Source: Cycas panzhihuaensis
Lineage: Eukaryota; Plantae; Cycadophyta
Assembly (NCBI GenBank): GCA_023213395.1
Contig: CM041465.1
Coordinates: 199,275,741-199,339,740, forward strand
Length of the DNA: 64,000 nucleotides
Direction: 5' to 3'
Below are positions 13,210 through 28,545 of this stretch, piece by piece; the first letter of the stretch is position 1; every line of letters starts with the position of its first letter. Below the pieces are notes generated by a model. That model had not been told where the DNA came from and did not search any database. It saw only the letters and a program-made list of their open reading frames with translations. A program made the translations under genes and the position numbers.

Positions 13210-16200
13210 TGTTAATGTTTCACATAGGACTTCTATACATTGAGGGTCATATTCCCTCTTTTCATACTTAGTGATAAGTATGTGACACATGTTGACAGCA
13301 TATGTATCAGTTACATTGTATTTTATGTATATATGTACTTGTTGTATCTAATACAATTCATCTCTTGAAGAGATTTATTTCTATGTTTGCGCAACAAGGA
13401 GATTCATTTCTATGTTTGCTCAACATGGTATCAGAGTAGGGTCATTCTACTTGATTGAAGAATATTCTTGATCTGCGAGACAAAAATTAGTATTACATCT
13501 AGTGTCTAATGGAAATTAACATCATAAAAAGCAAATTCAAGCCTTTTGATCTTGAAGATATTCTCAGTGACCTCTATACGGACTATGTACAGATCTATAC
13601 AGTCGTACGAACCTCTAAATTCAAAGTTGTCATAATTGCCTCAAATTTTACTAGTTTGTAGATCTCATCCTCCTCATTAATCTTTGCTTCTACACTGAGT
13701 TGATCTGAGCTCATCTCAAGGGAATTTCAACCTCCTCTTTAGGTGCACGGATTTGAGGTTTAATATCTCATTTTTTTAAGAAATTCATTAATAAAACTGG
13801 TGTTTATCTCATCAAATCCATTTCTCAAGTAATTTTAAAGGATTTAAGACTAGTCATGCTAGTTATTTTTCCATTTTTTATGGATTTTCCCTCTTAAAAT
13901 GTCAAACCCTAGCTGTGTAGGTTTTTTGCTTTCCTCTAGCATTTCTCTTAGATTAGAGTTAATCTTAGGAAAATATTTATATTTTTGGATACCCATCACT
14001 TTCTTTCTCTTTGTATAACTTTGATACCATATGAAAATTCATATAGTTATATAGACAGGTCTGCTTCAATCTTTAAAATTTTAGATTTTTATTAATAAAA
14101 AAATGGCCTCCTTTATTTTAGCTCTATTTGATTAAGATAAACTAACTTCCAATAATTATCATATTTGGAAGATAAAAATAGAAACTCCTTTTAGAGCAAA
14201 AAATACCTAAAAATTTACTACAAGCAAGGAACCAAAGCCAGATGAAGATGACTTGGATTATCCTAATTAGGAGGAAAAAGACAATGTCAAGCTAATCACT
14301 CTAAAGCTCTCCATTTTAGATCCTCTTCTAGTTTATGGTAAAAACATAAACTCTTCCTCAGAAGTGTGGCAATTGTTTGAAAACTTATATGGTCAAAAAA
14401 ATAAGGCTCGCATCATAGCTCTCATAGAAGAGTTGTTTAAGTTGTATATGAGAGAATTTGAAATAGTTTCTGAATTTCTTCATAAAGCTACCTCCATTAG
14501 AAATAATCTATTAAGTGCAGGTGCCGAAATAGAGGAACAAGAGTTAGTCAAGATGATCATAAGCAAACTGCCCAGGTCCTTTGATGTCACAATTAATACG
14601 ATCATTAATAATGATCAAATCAATTACATGACTCTTAATACATTGACAAGTCTTCTCTTTAAACAAGTGCAGAGAAACAAGTAATACGAGGACACAAAAA
14701 AATTTGAAGATGCATTTGTTTCTAAACTCCATTTGGGACCCAAAAGTAGATGCCAATCACGAGGATGTAGTAGAACATCTAATCTAAGGAGGATGACCTG
14801 AGGAAAAAGTCAGGATAATCTTGGGAGAGGTCATAGTATACCCCCCATAGAAGCCAGAGTTTGCTTTAACTATGGTAAACTTGGGCATTGCTCTAGTAAT
14901 TATAGGGCCTTCAATGTATATTCTCACTATGGCAGATCAAGATATTATCCTTATCAATATCCTCAAAGTAGAGCTAAAATTCATAAAGGTAAGCAACCTG
15001 GTAGAAACTTTAGTAAAGAGCGAGACGATGACGATGAGGAAGAAATAACATTCTTAGTAGCACTCACCGCTCATCTCAGAGATGAAGAAATCTAATACAT
15101 TAACTCAAGAGTGTCAAGACATATAACCAGAAGAAAAGACTAGTTTAAATTATTAAAACCTTTTGCTTTTCATAAATTAGTTAAACTTAGAGATAGACAC
15201 CTCTTGCATATTAAAGGAATTGGTACCATTACCATCAAAATAAAAGAGGGGATAAGAAAATTGGTAATGTTCTATTTCTTCCAGGATTAAAAAAGATCTT
15301 TTTTTCTGTTTCTTAACTAAGGAAAAAAAAGTTAAGAATTGTGTTTGATGAAAATGGTTTTTGCTACATTGTAGATATGAAAAATGGAGGTACATTAGTT
15401 GCTAAAGGTATTGAAAGTAACGATCTCTATTAGTTCCTTTTAAAATCAATCTACATTAATGAAAAAGCATGTACTATTGTTAATAATGATGATAATAAAC
15501 TGTGACATTTGAAGTATGAGCACATCTCCTCTGATAGGTTGTTACAGTTTAAAAAAATTAAAATGGTTAATGGTCTTCCAAACATCTCCTTTCAACATCT
15601 TATGTGCAAGAGTTACATGCTAGGAAAATAGCATCACCTTCCTTCTAAAACCAGTGAATGGAGAGCTCAAAATAAACTGGAATTAGTCCACAATGATCTC
15701 TGTGGTCCTCTTACACCCTACTCCATCAATGGTGTAAGATACTTCCTATCCTTTATTGATGATTTCTCTAGGAGAACTTGGATATATTTTTTGTAGTACA
15801 AATCTAATGTGTTTAAAAAATTTAAAGAATTTAAAGAAGAAGTCAAATTAGAATTTGGAAAAAAAAAAACAAATGTATCAAGTCTTGATGGTGGTGGCGA
15901 ATACACATCAAATGATTTTTAGCACTTCTACAAGACTTACAGGATCAAGAGACAAATAACTACTCCTTACACTCCTCAGTTAAATGGAGTTGTTGAATAG
16001 ATGAATAGGACAGTCATGGAGATGGCCAAATGCATGATTAAATAAAGTTAGGTTTCAAAAATCTACTAGACAAAAGCCGTTAGTGCAGTCATATATCTAA
16101 TAAATTGGAGTCCTACAAGAATACTAGATCACATCAATCTAGAAGAAGTTTAGACAAATATCAAACCAGATGTAAATAACCTAAGAATTTTTTGATATAA

Positions 16201-18443
16201 AGCCTTTATTCATATCCTAGATAAAAGGAGGTCTAAATTGGATTCCAAAAGTATAGAATGTATTATGGTTGACTATAACAAAAATTCTAAGCCTTACAAA
16301 TATATAGACCCTAAAACAAATAAGATCTATATTAGTAAAGACATTATTTTTGATCTGCATGAATACCTTAAAAGAATAGAAGTACAATAATTAATAGAAG
16401 AAACTCCAAAAGGGTCAGTTCAACCTCATCTTCTAGTTGAAGAAATTTCTGAAATCACCTCAGAGAATACAGAGATAGATGATGTAGAGAGGGAATCTCA
16501 AGACTCTCATGTTAATAGAGAAAGAGAAACATCATCTAATGAGGTTGGAAGTATAAATAATGATGAAGAAGGCACAAAAGGAATAGGATGCCTAAGTGGT
16601 ATCTTAAGACCATTGAAGAAAAAAAAGGAGACATATATGTTCATAGTACAAGGAGTCAAATGTATCGTGCTCTCCTGACATATGTAGAACCTCAATTATT
16701 TGAAGAAGCTGAAGATCACTAAGAATGGAAAGCTACTCTGAATGAAGAAATGGAGTGAATCACCAAGAATCAGACATGGGATCTAATAAGTCCACATCCA
16801 AGAAAACCCATAGTCAACTATAAATAGGTATACAAAATCAAAGAAGATGAAGATGGAAGAATAAACAAATATAAAACCAGGTTAGTTGCTAAGGGATATA
16901 CTCAAACTCATGGAATAGATTACGAAGAAACTTTTTCTCCAATTGCCAAACTTGATACTATAAGAACTATTTTAGCAGCTCAAAATAATTAGAAAATATA
17001 TCAATTAGATGTAAAAAGTGCTTTTTAAAATGGTGATCTCAAAGAAAAAGTATATATAAACTAACCAAAAGGTTTTATTCAAGCTGGTAAAGAAAATCTT
17101 ATATGCAAATTAAAAAAGGCTTTGTATGGGTTAAAATAAGTCCCCCAAGCCTAGTATGTGAAACTGGATAAGTATCTCATCAAGAATGGGTTCAGCAAAT
17201 GTAGTTCAAACTCTAACTTATATACAAAAAAAAGGTAAGGTTTGATTACAATCATAATTATTTATGTTGATGATATGATATTCACTAGTAATAACACTAA
17301 ATCAATTGAAGATATAAGAGATCAACTAAAAAGGGAATTTGAAATAACTAACCTACGGTTATTGAATTATTATCTAGGAATCAAAATAGGATAAGAAGAA
17401 AATTTAGTCTACTTATCCCAAAATAGATATATCAAAAATTTATTAATCAAATTCAAAATGGAAGAAAGTAATTCTTGCATCACACCTATGGACGTAGGTT
17501 GTGATCTCACTCCCAGTGATAATGATCAAAATATTAATGAGACTCTCTATAAGTAGTTAATTGGCAGTCTCATATATCTTACTATAAGTAGACTAAACAT
17601 CTCATATGTAGTAAGTTTGGTCTCGAGATATATGTAAGGTCCCAAGATCAAACATTAGAAAGCAGCAAAAAGGATTCTCAAGTATCTAAAGCGTTAGGTC
17701 AAATTTAAAACTCATTTATTCAAAAGATAAGATAGAAAAGTTATTTGGTTATTGTGATTCAGACTAGACTGGAGACAAAGAAAATAGGAAATCTATAAGT
17801 GGTCATTGCTTCTTTCTTGGGCTAACAAGAGTCTCTTGGAGTAGCAAAAAATAAGTTACAGTTATCCTTTCATCTATATAAGCAAAATACAAATCAGTTG
17901 CCAGTGCAACATGTGAAGCAATATGACTCAGATAGCTTTTATTAAATCTAGATCAAAAACAAGCAGGACCAACAACTCTCTTTTGTGATAATCAGAACAC
18001 CATCAAATTAACAAAGTATCATGTTCTTCATACTCGAACAAAACATATTGAGATTCACCATCATTTTATAAGAGAAAAGGCGCAAAACAAAGAAATTAAT
18101 TTGGTATATTGTTCATTGACTGAACAAATTTTAGATATACTAACAAAACCTCTCAACAAAGATAAGTTCATGTTTCTTATAGATAAACTAGGATTAAAAG
18201 AGTGAAACATTAAGAGAGGGTGTTAGATTATAATGTTTCACTGAGGACTTCTATACATTGAGGGTCATTTTCCCTCTTTTCATACTTAGTGACAAGTGTG
18301 TGACACGTATCGACATCATATGTGTTAGTTACATTGTATTTCATGTATATATGTACTTGTTATATCTAATATAATTCATCTCTTAAGGAGATTCATTTCT
18401 ATGTTTGCTCAATGAGGAGATGCATTTCTATGTTTGCTCAACA
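13210..18443 (+). mobile_element. Full-length degenerate Ty1/Copia nested in the chromovirus 5' region
   Basis: LTRs at 13210-13425 and 18221-18443 (~90% identical), TSD atagt, PBS tggtatcagag, PPT aagagaggg. Order gag, zinc knuckle, integrase (LVHNDLCGP), RT (QLDVKSAF, YVDDM), RNase H (TKHIEIHHHFIRE); many stops. Confidence 0.95.
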
Positions 18444-18910
18444 ATAGTCCTCAAAAAATCCTAACTGTAACCGACCTTAAAAGGGCAATAATTTTTGTTA
18501 TAAGCATTAGAATTCGATATCGTCTAAAGCATTAAAACCTTGGTTTAGAGAGCATCATTTTAAGTTATACCCTATAAATTTTTTTAACTAAATTAGATGT
18601 TAAAAGAGATTAAAGCAATTACTGAATTATTTACAAAATTAGAATCTTACATAGGATATAAGAGACCAAAAGTAGTTTCATCTATTAGAAGAATGATTCA
18701 TAACATTAAAGAGATCTAAAACCTTAGAGAACCTCTTAAGGAGCTATGAAAATAACTAACAAGGATCTTATCAAAATCTTAGAATGTACAGCTAAAAAAT
18801 TCAATAAGTTTAAGAGTTCATACACAAAAGGGATCTCAAAGAATAGATAGATTTGAAGGATTCAAAAGCAGTAGTAATGAGGAAGATAAAATAGAAAATA
18901 AAATACAACA

Positions 18911-21900
18911 TGAGGCTTATAAGCAACTATTTCCCAGCTACTAGGAATGGACATAGATGACTCACCTCAGGTAAGTGTAGGTATATTTCTATCCTCACTT
19001 TCATTAGCTTTAGGATGCTATTTGATTGTTGATAGATGCATGTTGCATGTCGTTAATTGATTACATGATTATTATGTTTAGCTTGCCTGTATACTTATAT
19101 TTGCACCTAATACTCCAGCCTATGACGACTTAGGATAAGGATCCCATGGCATGATATGACCCTCTACCATGTTTCCACATCATCTTCAAGTACTCTTGGC
19201 TCCTGTAGCCCATTCTTTATCACTTCTTAGTGTGACATGACCCCTAGCAACCTGTTTAGGCCTAGTTGTCATCTTTGTTCGCCACTTATCCTTCTTTGGG
19301 GCCTTGTTGCACCTTTTTTTCTTATCTATCATGGTCCCTCTAGCTCCTAAAACCCCCTAGACACCTAGGCAATGTATTATTTAGTCCTTTTGGGGTCTAG
19401 GGGCTCCTTTTTAGGGAGCCTTATGGGCTCCCATTTTTATTTGCACCTATTTTTTAGTGCACCACTGTAAATTCTGTAGTACCATTGCAAACTCCATGGT
19501 ACCATGAAGTTTGTCATGGTACAACTGTTCAAATTTATTTTTTTTGTCTAGTCATTACCAATTTCACATAAAATGTGAAATTGACATGTGGTGTTGGGTT
19601 GTTTCCCACCTAGGGCAAACCCTAATCACTCATTAGGTTAGGGTTGGGTTTTAAAACCCAAAATTAACCTTATTCCTCCTCTTCTCTCCTCTCCATTCTA
19701 AGAAATTTTTTGAAAAAGAAGGTACTCTCTTGTTGTACCTATCCTCCACTCCTGCCATCTTCTTCCTTATGGTTAAACCCTAATTTATAGGTCTATAGTA
19801 GTGAGTTTTGGGATAGATCTTCTCCACAAGCACTCCACCAAGGCACAAACATCAAGTTTGTTTGCATGTTATACTCTCTCCTCATGTCATTATAGGGGTT
19901 CTTCACCAAACTTTCAAGGCAAACCTTTCTCCCAACCAACACACAAGGTAGATCTACTTCAAATCCATTTTAGTAGTTATTTTTAGGCCTCCACATTATT
20001 CTTTTCCTTAAGCATAAGAGTTTTTCTTGCTTACTTCTTAGTTTGTTGTGTGTAACTACATCTTATTTCTCCATTATACAAGACAAACCCTTCCCTTTCT
20101 CTAGCTTGTTCCCTCACACCTTAAGGTTTCCCTCTGGTCCACTCAAGGAGGTAAAGAGAAAAGAGTCTAGTGAAGAGAGAAAGGAGTTTCAGGTAGGGTT
20201 CTGTAGCCTTTTTCCATCTCCTTAAGGGTAGCCCCCTACTCTTCGCTCATTCTCCTCTCCCAATACTTCTCCTATACACCCAAAAATCCTTGGGGTAAGG
20301 AACCTTGTTGGTTGTAGCATTGGTAGCACCTTGTTACGCCTACAACCAGCCTTCATAGCTCTATAAAATATGGTTTTAGCAACATCTCCTTTGATTTACA
20401 TAGCCTTACCTCTTCCTTTGCAAATCTTGCAAAAGTTACACATTACAACTTTTACATCTTTTTTGCAACACTTTTTTACATACAAAATTTGTTTCCCTTT
20501 TTATTGTTAGAGGAACTTGGCTCCTTTCTTGATTTGTCGTTTAAGTGCTTAGGTACGTGGAGACATCCCACTGGAAGGGTTAGCCATTCTGAGGCTACCA
20601 TTCTTTCCTCCTTTTATCCCCCCTTTTCCTATAATTATTGATGCATTGCACATGTATAAGAGGTAAAGTTAACTTTGTGTATGATGCTTATTTAAAGGAT
20701 ATTTGCATCACTTTCTTGTTTTTCTTGATAAGCATATATATACACTTGCTCATATATATGTGTAGTGCCCTTGGTAAAGGGTAAGTAGCTTGTTGTGCAA
20801 GTCTCACCCCTTTTGGAGCAAACAAGAGTCCTCACAAAGGTATGCATGCCTCTCTTGTAATCATTATGTTATTTTAAAATTTCATTGTAAGTAATTCTTC
20901 TTTTTCTTTTAGATCTTTCTGCACTTTGTCTTTGGGGATGGTAAGGAAGCCCCACTAGTATTCCTCTCACAACATCAATCACGACAAGGAGCATTAGGTG
21001 GATGAAAGTGGATTGCATGGAAAGAGAAAGGGCCTCTACACCAACCATCCCGGTTCTAGATGCACTCCGTTCACTCTATCTTCTCACCCATTCCTTTTCC
21101 CCTTACTCCTAAAGAAAAAAAAGTAAGAAGAAAAAAGAAAAAGTAGTTTTGTGTTTTATTATTTTTTCCTTATTTGGTTTGATCATATAGGGGGAAGGGT
21201 AGTGATTTTGCACATGTAGGTATTGATCCCATAAGTTGCATCTGCATCCCCCTCTCCTCACTTGACTCTTATGTTCACTTGGGTTAGAGTGTAAAAGGTT
21301 GTGAGTCCCTCTACTCCAACCTATCCTCTTTCCCATGTGTTACTAGGTTAGCTTGTATTAGCCCTTGCATTATTTATCTATGATTCTTATTTGCTTATTT
21401 TCTTTGGCACTTATAAAAGACAAAGAGAGAGAGGCTAGGATCAAGAAAGAAAGAGAGTTGTTGCTTCTTTTCCTTCTCCTTTTTTATGAAAATATAAACT
21501 AAAAGTAATAATAATTCACAACACTACCCCACTTACTATAAAACAAAACAAAAGACATATTGCACAACACTTGCACACCTAGCCATCTATTTTAGGTATA
21601 GGCTCCTTAGGGACACCCTCCCTAAGGTCCTTCTCCTCTTCTTTGTTAAGGCACCCCTTCAGCTTACCTCTATTTGGAAGTTGCTCCTTTCCGACCCAAC
21701 TTCTTCCTTGCACCTTCATTACCAACTACCCTATTTCTTAATTGTAAGTACCCTTTTCTCTCATTAGATAGGTGTCCCTCGTTTCAATCCTCCTTCCTTG
21801 GCCATCTAGGATAGGAGGGTCCCTTTGAGGCTACTTAGCAAACACAGGAAGCCCTCTTGCTCATCTCGAATCTCAGAAGGTACTCATCATATGGGAAGGC

Positions 21901-22060
21901 TTATGTGCCATTTGCGAGTCCTTGAACCTATATTTTAATGCACAAATGTCCTTTATGGGTAATCCTTTTCCTTACTTCCAAAGATCCTTAGCCATGTGAT
22001 TGTTGATTATATAGTCTTGATCCCCTTGTATCTGGTGACCCCTCAGAGGTGTGCTTCTAG
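18911..22060. mobile_element. ~3.15-kb non-coding insertion interrupting the chromovirus gag; possibly a long solo LTR
   Basis: Abrupt switch from A-rich coding-like to C/T-rich sequence. Starts with TG. Flanks caaca/cagca may be a mutated 5-bp TSD. Gag-like text resumes after 22060. Confidence 0.45.
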
Positions 22061-25000
22061 CAGCATAAAAGATATGATAATTTCCAACTAATACGTTTTT
22101 AACATAGTTTTAAGATGCCAACCTATTCATAGAATGGTGAAATTGAAATAAATGAATGGATAAAAAAAATAGAAACTGCTATTAACTCATTATGTATCAA
22201 TGATGCTAAGGAATAAATCAACTTTGTTATTGACCATTTTGGAGGATCTATGTACACATAGGCTACAATATAAAAAAGGGAAGGTAAGACTCACAATTTC
22301 AAATATTTTATAGAAGCCTTAGTAAACATAAGAAATTTTGAGTGATTCCTATAATGTCTAATTAGCACACTCTTTCTAAAAGGAGTAATTTATCAAACAA
22401 TACATAGATAAATTTTAAAAAACTTTAATATAAGGCTATAATCACTTCTCTTAAATCACTCCCCTATTATATCCGTAATATATGGCTCAATATTCAAGAA
22501 AATATATATCGATTTAACCCCATCATCTTTGTACATTTTATCAAATTAGTAAGATAAATTAAATCTTCCATCTAAACTACTCAAAGGAGGTCCCATATAA
22601 CAATCCATCAACATGAATATAAACTACAAGGACCAAGGAATCGGGGGTTTTAAAGGTGCCAACACATGGATTCTAGTGTAATCAAGTCAGTAAGTGTAAC
22701 ACAAAAAGCTAAATTGATAGAGAGGAGCAAGGAAAGAACACTCAATATATACCACACCTATAAGAAACTTTGGGTGAGGGGGCATCAATTTATAGAGAAA
22801 AAATTATATAGTGCAAAGGTTGGCATTAAGGATTATGAAGATAGGGAATATCAACAAGATACAAAGGAGGAGCCTATCAAGGAGGAATTACCTTATGAAG
22901 AAGAGTTGGATGATGACCAACCAAAAATATTCCTTTCAACCATGTTAGGAATAACACCACCCAACACTATTAAATTCATAGGATACCTTAGGAAAAGGAA
23001 GTTATTCACTCTTGTTAACTTAAGGAGCACATATAACATCATCAATACTAAAGTAGCTAAAAATTTAAGGATGAATATAAAGAGAAAAGATTTTAGTATC
23101 TCCCTCCTTAGAGAGTAGGTCTTAAAATGTTAAGATGAGGTGAAGCATTAATGATTACACAATAGTAATTATGAGTTCTCAATAGATTACTATGCTTTTT
23201 ATATTGGAAGCTTTAATATAGTATTTGAGGTTGAATGGTTGAGGACATTAGGGACTTGTACCCTAAATCATGATAAAAACTTCATTAGATTCAAATGGGA
23301 TGGAAGGAAGTATCAATTAAATGGTATTGATTCTCCAAAATCAAGAGTGATATCTATAGAAAGGATGGAAAAAATGTTATGGAAATGACATGTTAAGTTC
23401 ATCACCATATTATTCTCCATACAAGTAGAAAGCCTAAAGGAAGAACTACTGCCTAAGCAAAAAAATGAGATAAATGAGCTCATAGACCATTACCAAGATG
23501 TTTTTCAAGAACTACAAAGAAATTCACCACCTAGTTAAAACATAGAGCACATTATTGAATTAGAACCAGGTAAAGGGCCTACTATCATCTGTTTATATCA
23601 CTACATACATAAGAAGAAGATAAAAATTAAAAGATTCATGTAAGAATTATTAGATTTGGGTGCCATAGTACTAAGTAAGAGCCTATATATAGTATCCGTC
23701 ATCTTAATTAGAAAAAAGGATGGGTCATTTTAAATATGTATTAATTATAGAGCCCTAAATAAGATAACACAAAAAAGTAAATATCCCATTCCACATATGG
23801 GGGATATCATAGATGAGTTGTATATAATTAAGTATTTTACCAAAATTAATTTATGCTATAGATATTATTAGACACCAATATGACATCAAGACATAAAAAA
23901 GACAACATTCCAAATGTATTGAGGATTATATAAATTCAAGTTAATTCCATTCGAGCTAACTAATGCTCTAACAATCTGTTAAGCAAATATGAACTATATA
24001 TTTGCACCCTTTCTAAAGAGGTTTGTCATGATTTCCTTCGATGATATTCTTATTTATAGTAAAATATGACAAGAGCATTTGGTGCACATTCAACAAATAT
24101 TTTAGGTTCTCAACAAAAATAAGTTCTTTACAAAGAAGTCTAATTGCTAATTTAGCAGGATAACCCTAGAGTTCCTTAGACATATCATCTCAAAAGAAGG
24201 AATTAAAATTGACCCTACAAAGACACAAACCATCTTAGATTGGCCCATACCTAAAAATGTATCAAAGCTTAGAGGATTTCTAAGGATGACAAGATACTAT
24301 CAAAAATTTATTAATGGACATGTTGACATAGTTGGACCCCTAATAGATCTTACTAAGAAAGATAATTTTAACTAGGACAAGAATGCTAACACAAGTTTTA
24401 GGAAACTAAAAGTAACTATTATAACCTCCCCAATTCTTATCATGTCATATTTCTCTTAGCCATTTATAGTAGAGTGTGATGCATCAGGAATAGGTATAAG
24501 AGCAATTATACTATGAAAGGACCATCCCGTTATATATGAGAGTGAAAAGTTAAACTTACGTGAAAGGGCTAAAATCACATATGATAAAGAGATATTAGCC
24601 ATTCTACATACCTTAGCAAAATAGAGGCAATACTTATTAAGGACAAATTTTACTATCAAAACAGACCACCATAGTCTAAAGTACTTTTTAATACAACAAA
24701 ACATATCATAGGAGAAACAAAAATAGGTCAAAAAAATTTAAGACTATAACTTTGAAATCTCATACAAGAGAGGAAAAGAGAACATTCTAGCTAATGCATT
24801 ATCAAGAAAATTTAAAGATACTAATTGGTTAGCCATCATAGCAATTGTATCTATATGGCTTAAGGAATTATGCCAAGAATACTTATAAGATAAGGAGGTG
24901 AATTCCATTATAGGCAAAAGTCCTGAAAAACTAAAAGAGACTCCTTAAACAAAAAAAAAGAACACCCTTCTTTATAAGAATAAGATCTATTTACCCAAAA

Positions 25001-26900
25001 GATCACAGTTTAAGGAGGTAGTCTTTAGGGACCATCATGATCTACTAATAGTTGGGCATTTAAGGCTCCTTAAAACCTATGAAAGTATAAAGAGATCATT
25101 CTATTAGAGAGGGATAAAGGTAGATATAAAGAAGTTTATCTTTAAATGTGAGTCTTTTTAAAGATAAAAGGTAGAATTAATATGAACTTTACGAATGATA
25201 CAACCTCTAAATTAACTTGAGTAAAAATTAAAAGAAATTTCTATAGACTTTATAATTGGCCTTCCAAAATCAAGAATAAAGGATATTATATTCATAATAG
25301 TTAATTGCCTAAAAATATATGCACATTTTATCCTTATTCAATCATCTTATAAGGTATCTTATAAAGCTAAAATATTCATGGAGAATATCCATAGATTATA
25401 TGGGTTTCCCAAAATATAATCAGTAATAAGGATCCTAAATTTTTAAGCTACTTTTAGAAGGACCTATTCAAATTGGCAAGAACCTAACTTGCCATGAGTA
25501 CAACATACCACTCCCTAATGAATAGATAAACTGAAGTAGTTAACGAAGTTTTTGTTGGGTAATATAACAATAATGGTTGGAGGCTAAAATTTTGGCATGT
25601 TGGCAGTGTGATTTCCCCCCTAAACCTTCCTCAGGGGGTTCCAAGGGGGGTGGGAGCCCCCCTTATCCAAGGGGATGCGGGGGTTGTGGAACGCCCCCTA
25701 CTAAGAGGGGGTTCAGGGGTGATATCCCCCGACCTAAAAAATTAGCACTAGAAACTATATTAAATTGTAAAGAGAATCAAGGTCGTTTGATAAAAATACC
25801 TTAGATTCTATGCTCTAGATTTATGCCTTGTATGACTCTCTCATGTAGCCCAATTTAGGGTATATTTCTTTATGTTGAGGTTATTCAATGTACAGTGAGG
25901 AGTTGGTCGACTTGTTGTTGTTGTTGTGAGCACTATGCTATAAGATTATATACATTTTCTCCATTCTGTGACAATAAATATCAATACCTTTCCTATATGG
26001 ATGTTGCCCTAGCACACTGCTAAGATTTTACCACGTTATATTAGGTGTATTTTTGTGCTTGGCTTTCTTGTTCCTTTTATTGTTATATCTTTGGTTTAAG
26101 AACTTGCATGTAATTTTTAGTTTTGATTTCTGTAACTAGTTGCAAGAATAGTCTAGATCTTGGTGGCGATTTAAGGGTTGGGACCTTGTCTTCTCAACAG
26201 TTTTAGAAGTATTAGAGATAACCAATCCATGTGGTAGAATGGATTCACTTGGCTGCATATTGTTTTAATACTAATTACCATACTTCCATCAAGATAATGG
26301 CCTTCATGGCATTGTACGATTATCTACCACCTACACTAGTAGATTATATTTTAAATATAATAAAAATAATAGTAATAGAGGAGCTAATAACACAAGTTAA
26401 GAGAATATTAGAGGAACTCAAGAAAAATGATGACATCTCAAGGAATCAAATGTAGTAATAGATAAACTAGAAGAGAATTAAAAGATAATTCAAGCAAGGA
26501 GATTGGGTTTATATAAAACTAGAACCATATGAATAAACCTTTCCTAAATAATAAGGTAAATATAAACTAGCATTAAGATTTTATAGCCCATACAAAATTT
26601 AGAGATGGGTTGGAGAGAAATCTTATGCCCATAATCCACCATGAGGAAGTAAGATTCATGATGTCTTCTATATGTCTAATATTAAAGTAAAAGTAGGATA
26701 TCACATCGAGACAGTGATAGAACTACCAATGTTAAAATGAGGAGGGAAAGCTTATGATTAGACCTAAAGGTATTGTAAATATTTATCAGTGTGCACTTAG
26801 ATCATGGAACATTAAAGAATACTTGATTAAATGGAAAGGGCTACCACAACAAGAGTCAACTTGGGAAAATGAATAATTCATCTTATATCACCCATCATTA
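22061..26900 (+). pseudogene. pol: Chromovirus gag-pol remnant (PR-RT-RH-INT-chromodomain)
   Basis: Protease TLVNLRSTYNII; RT SFDDILIYSK (~24034); RNase H FIVECDASGIG; integrase at ~25000-26450; chromodomain EYLIKWKGLPQQESTWENE (~26817). Confidence 0.9.
25553..26199. mobile_element. 647-bp solo LTR inserted in the chromovirus integrase
   Basis: Termini TGTTG...CAACA with an exact TSD gtttt (25548-25552 and 26200-26204). Confidence 0.9.
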
Positions 26901-28545
26901 CTAAAACTTTATGGGCAAAGTAATTTTTCTAAGGGTAGGTACTTGTTATGATTTAATATTAATTTGAAAAGTTGGTATTTTATTAGAAGTTAATTTTATT
27001 ATTATTGTTATAAGAAAGTAATACTTTTAAATTAATATAAAATTAATTTTTATATTAGGAATTTGATATTTTATTATTAATATAATTATTTGAGTTAATT
27101 TTTTAATAAGAAGCCATATTAACACCTATAAATAGAAGATACATTTAACTGATTTTGTAAGTTTTATTTTTGGTTTAATCCTAATTTTATTTAGCACTTG
27201 GTACCTAGGGTAATTTGCCTATTTATCTTTTATTTCAATTTTCTTTTTATGTTTTTAGAAGTAGATCCAATTTAGGATTACTTCTAGCGATTCACATGAA
27301 TATTGTTACAACTATGGTGCTTGGGGTACCCAAATGCCACAAAAAGAGAGGCTAAGTAGGGCTAGTCAATTCAACCCATGGGGGAGGTAATAATCTACTT
27401 AGTGAGGAGTCATCTCCGCTAAGACTTCAAGGTTTTAATGTGATAGTTTTGAAATTGGTTAATGCCACAAGGTCATTATATTAGTTTATTATTCCTAAAA
27501 GGGTTGTAAATAAACTTTAAATTAGATCACTTAAGTGAAATACAATTTTATATGCATTATGTGTAATTTCATCTAATTTTAAAAAACCCTAACCCTAATG
27601 CACTCTCTCATTTATATAAAGCAAAGCTCAATGGAGGAGGCTCATTCTTACCTCCCTATTTTATGAGAGTTATTCTTTTTCTCTTAAGTTTCTCTTACTC
27701 CTATATTTACCTTTATATATAGTGCATGGAGATAAAGGCTAGATCCTTTCTTTTCAATTGGTATCATAGTTAGCTTGCATCATATTCCTCACTTGCACTT
27801 GTAATAGATCCATCACTTCCTTCTTCCCCACAATTTATGTGGTTAATGGAGATTGTGTAAGTGGATTTAGAAAAATTTTTAAGTTTTTATTTAGTATTAT
27901 TTGCTTTCCCTCCTTTCACTTTTATAAGTTTTGGAAGCATAATACAAGGGATTGTAAGACTCAAGAATTCTAATCCTTTGGTAGCTATTTCCTCATTTCC
28001 TATTATTCTTTTCTTTCACCTATTTTTGTCTATTTGATAAGAGGAAAAGTTATCAAAATTTTTCTATCATTTAGATTTGTAAAGGAAAATGTTTGTGTTA
28101 GAATGTTAATGTAATCTTTATGTTCTTTTCTAAAGTTCATATTTAAGTCACATGTCTAAATGTATATTTAAGTGATCATAACGTTTAAACTTTAATGTTT
28201 ATTAATTAACTTATGTGAAAGGTGGTTGAAATGTAGAACTGCATTTCAATGAACCTTTTGTTGTATAAATTCATCTCCTAGATTCAAGGAGATGGTTCCA
28301 GAAATCTAGGAAGGTTGTCTATATCTCTTTTCAAAGGTTGGTTTAAGTGTTAGGTGGTTTACCTGTTTGGTATTCTGTTCACAATAATTCTTAATAAAAA
28401 TAGAAATTTAGGAGGTGGTTTTTCTTCCCTAGAAGGGGTTTTCCACCTGTCAACCTGTGTACATGTGTAATTTCATTTGCTTTCCTGTGGTTTTATATTT
28501 AATCTGATCCTATGATGTTATGCATGTGCCTATTCTCACATGGTA

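Larger units (their letters stand above)
12495..27284 (+). mobile_element. Degenerate Ty3/Gypsy chromovirus (Reina-like), host to three nested insertions
   Basis: Diverged ~330-340-bp LTRs at 12495-12824 and 26944-~27284. Decayed PBS tggtattaaagt, PPT aagggtagg. TSD not recognisable. Confidence 0.82.

Noticed and set aside
25577-25804. 75-aa Gly/Pro-rich ORF
   Set aside because: Artefact of G/C runs inside the solo LTR.
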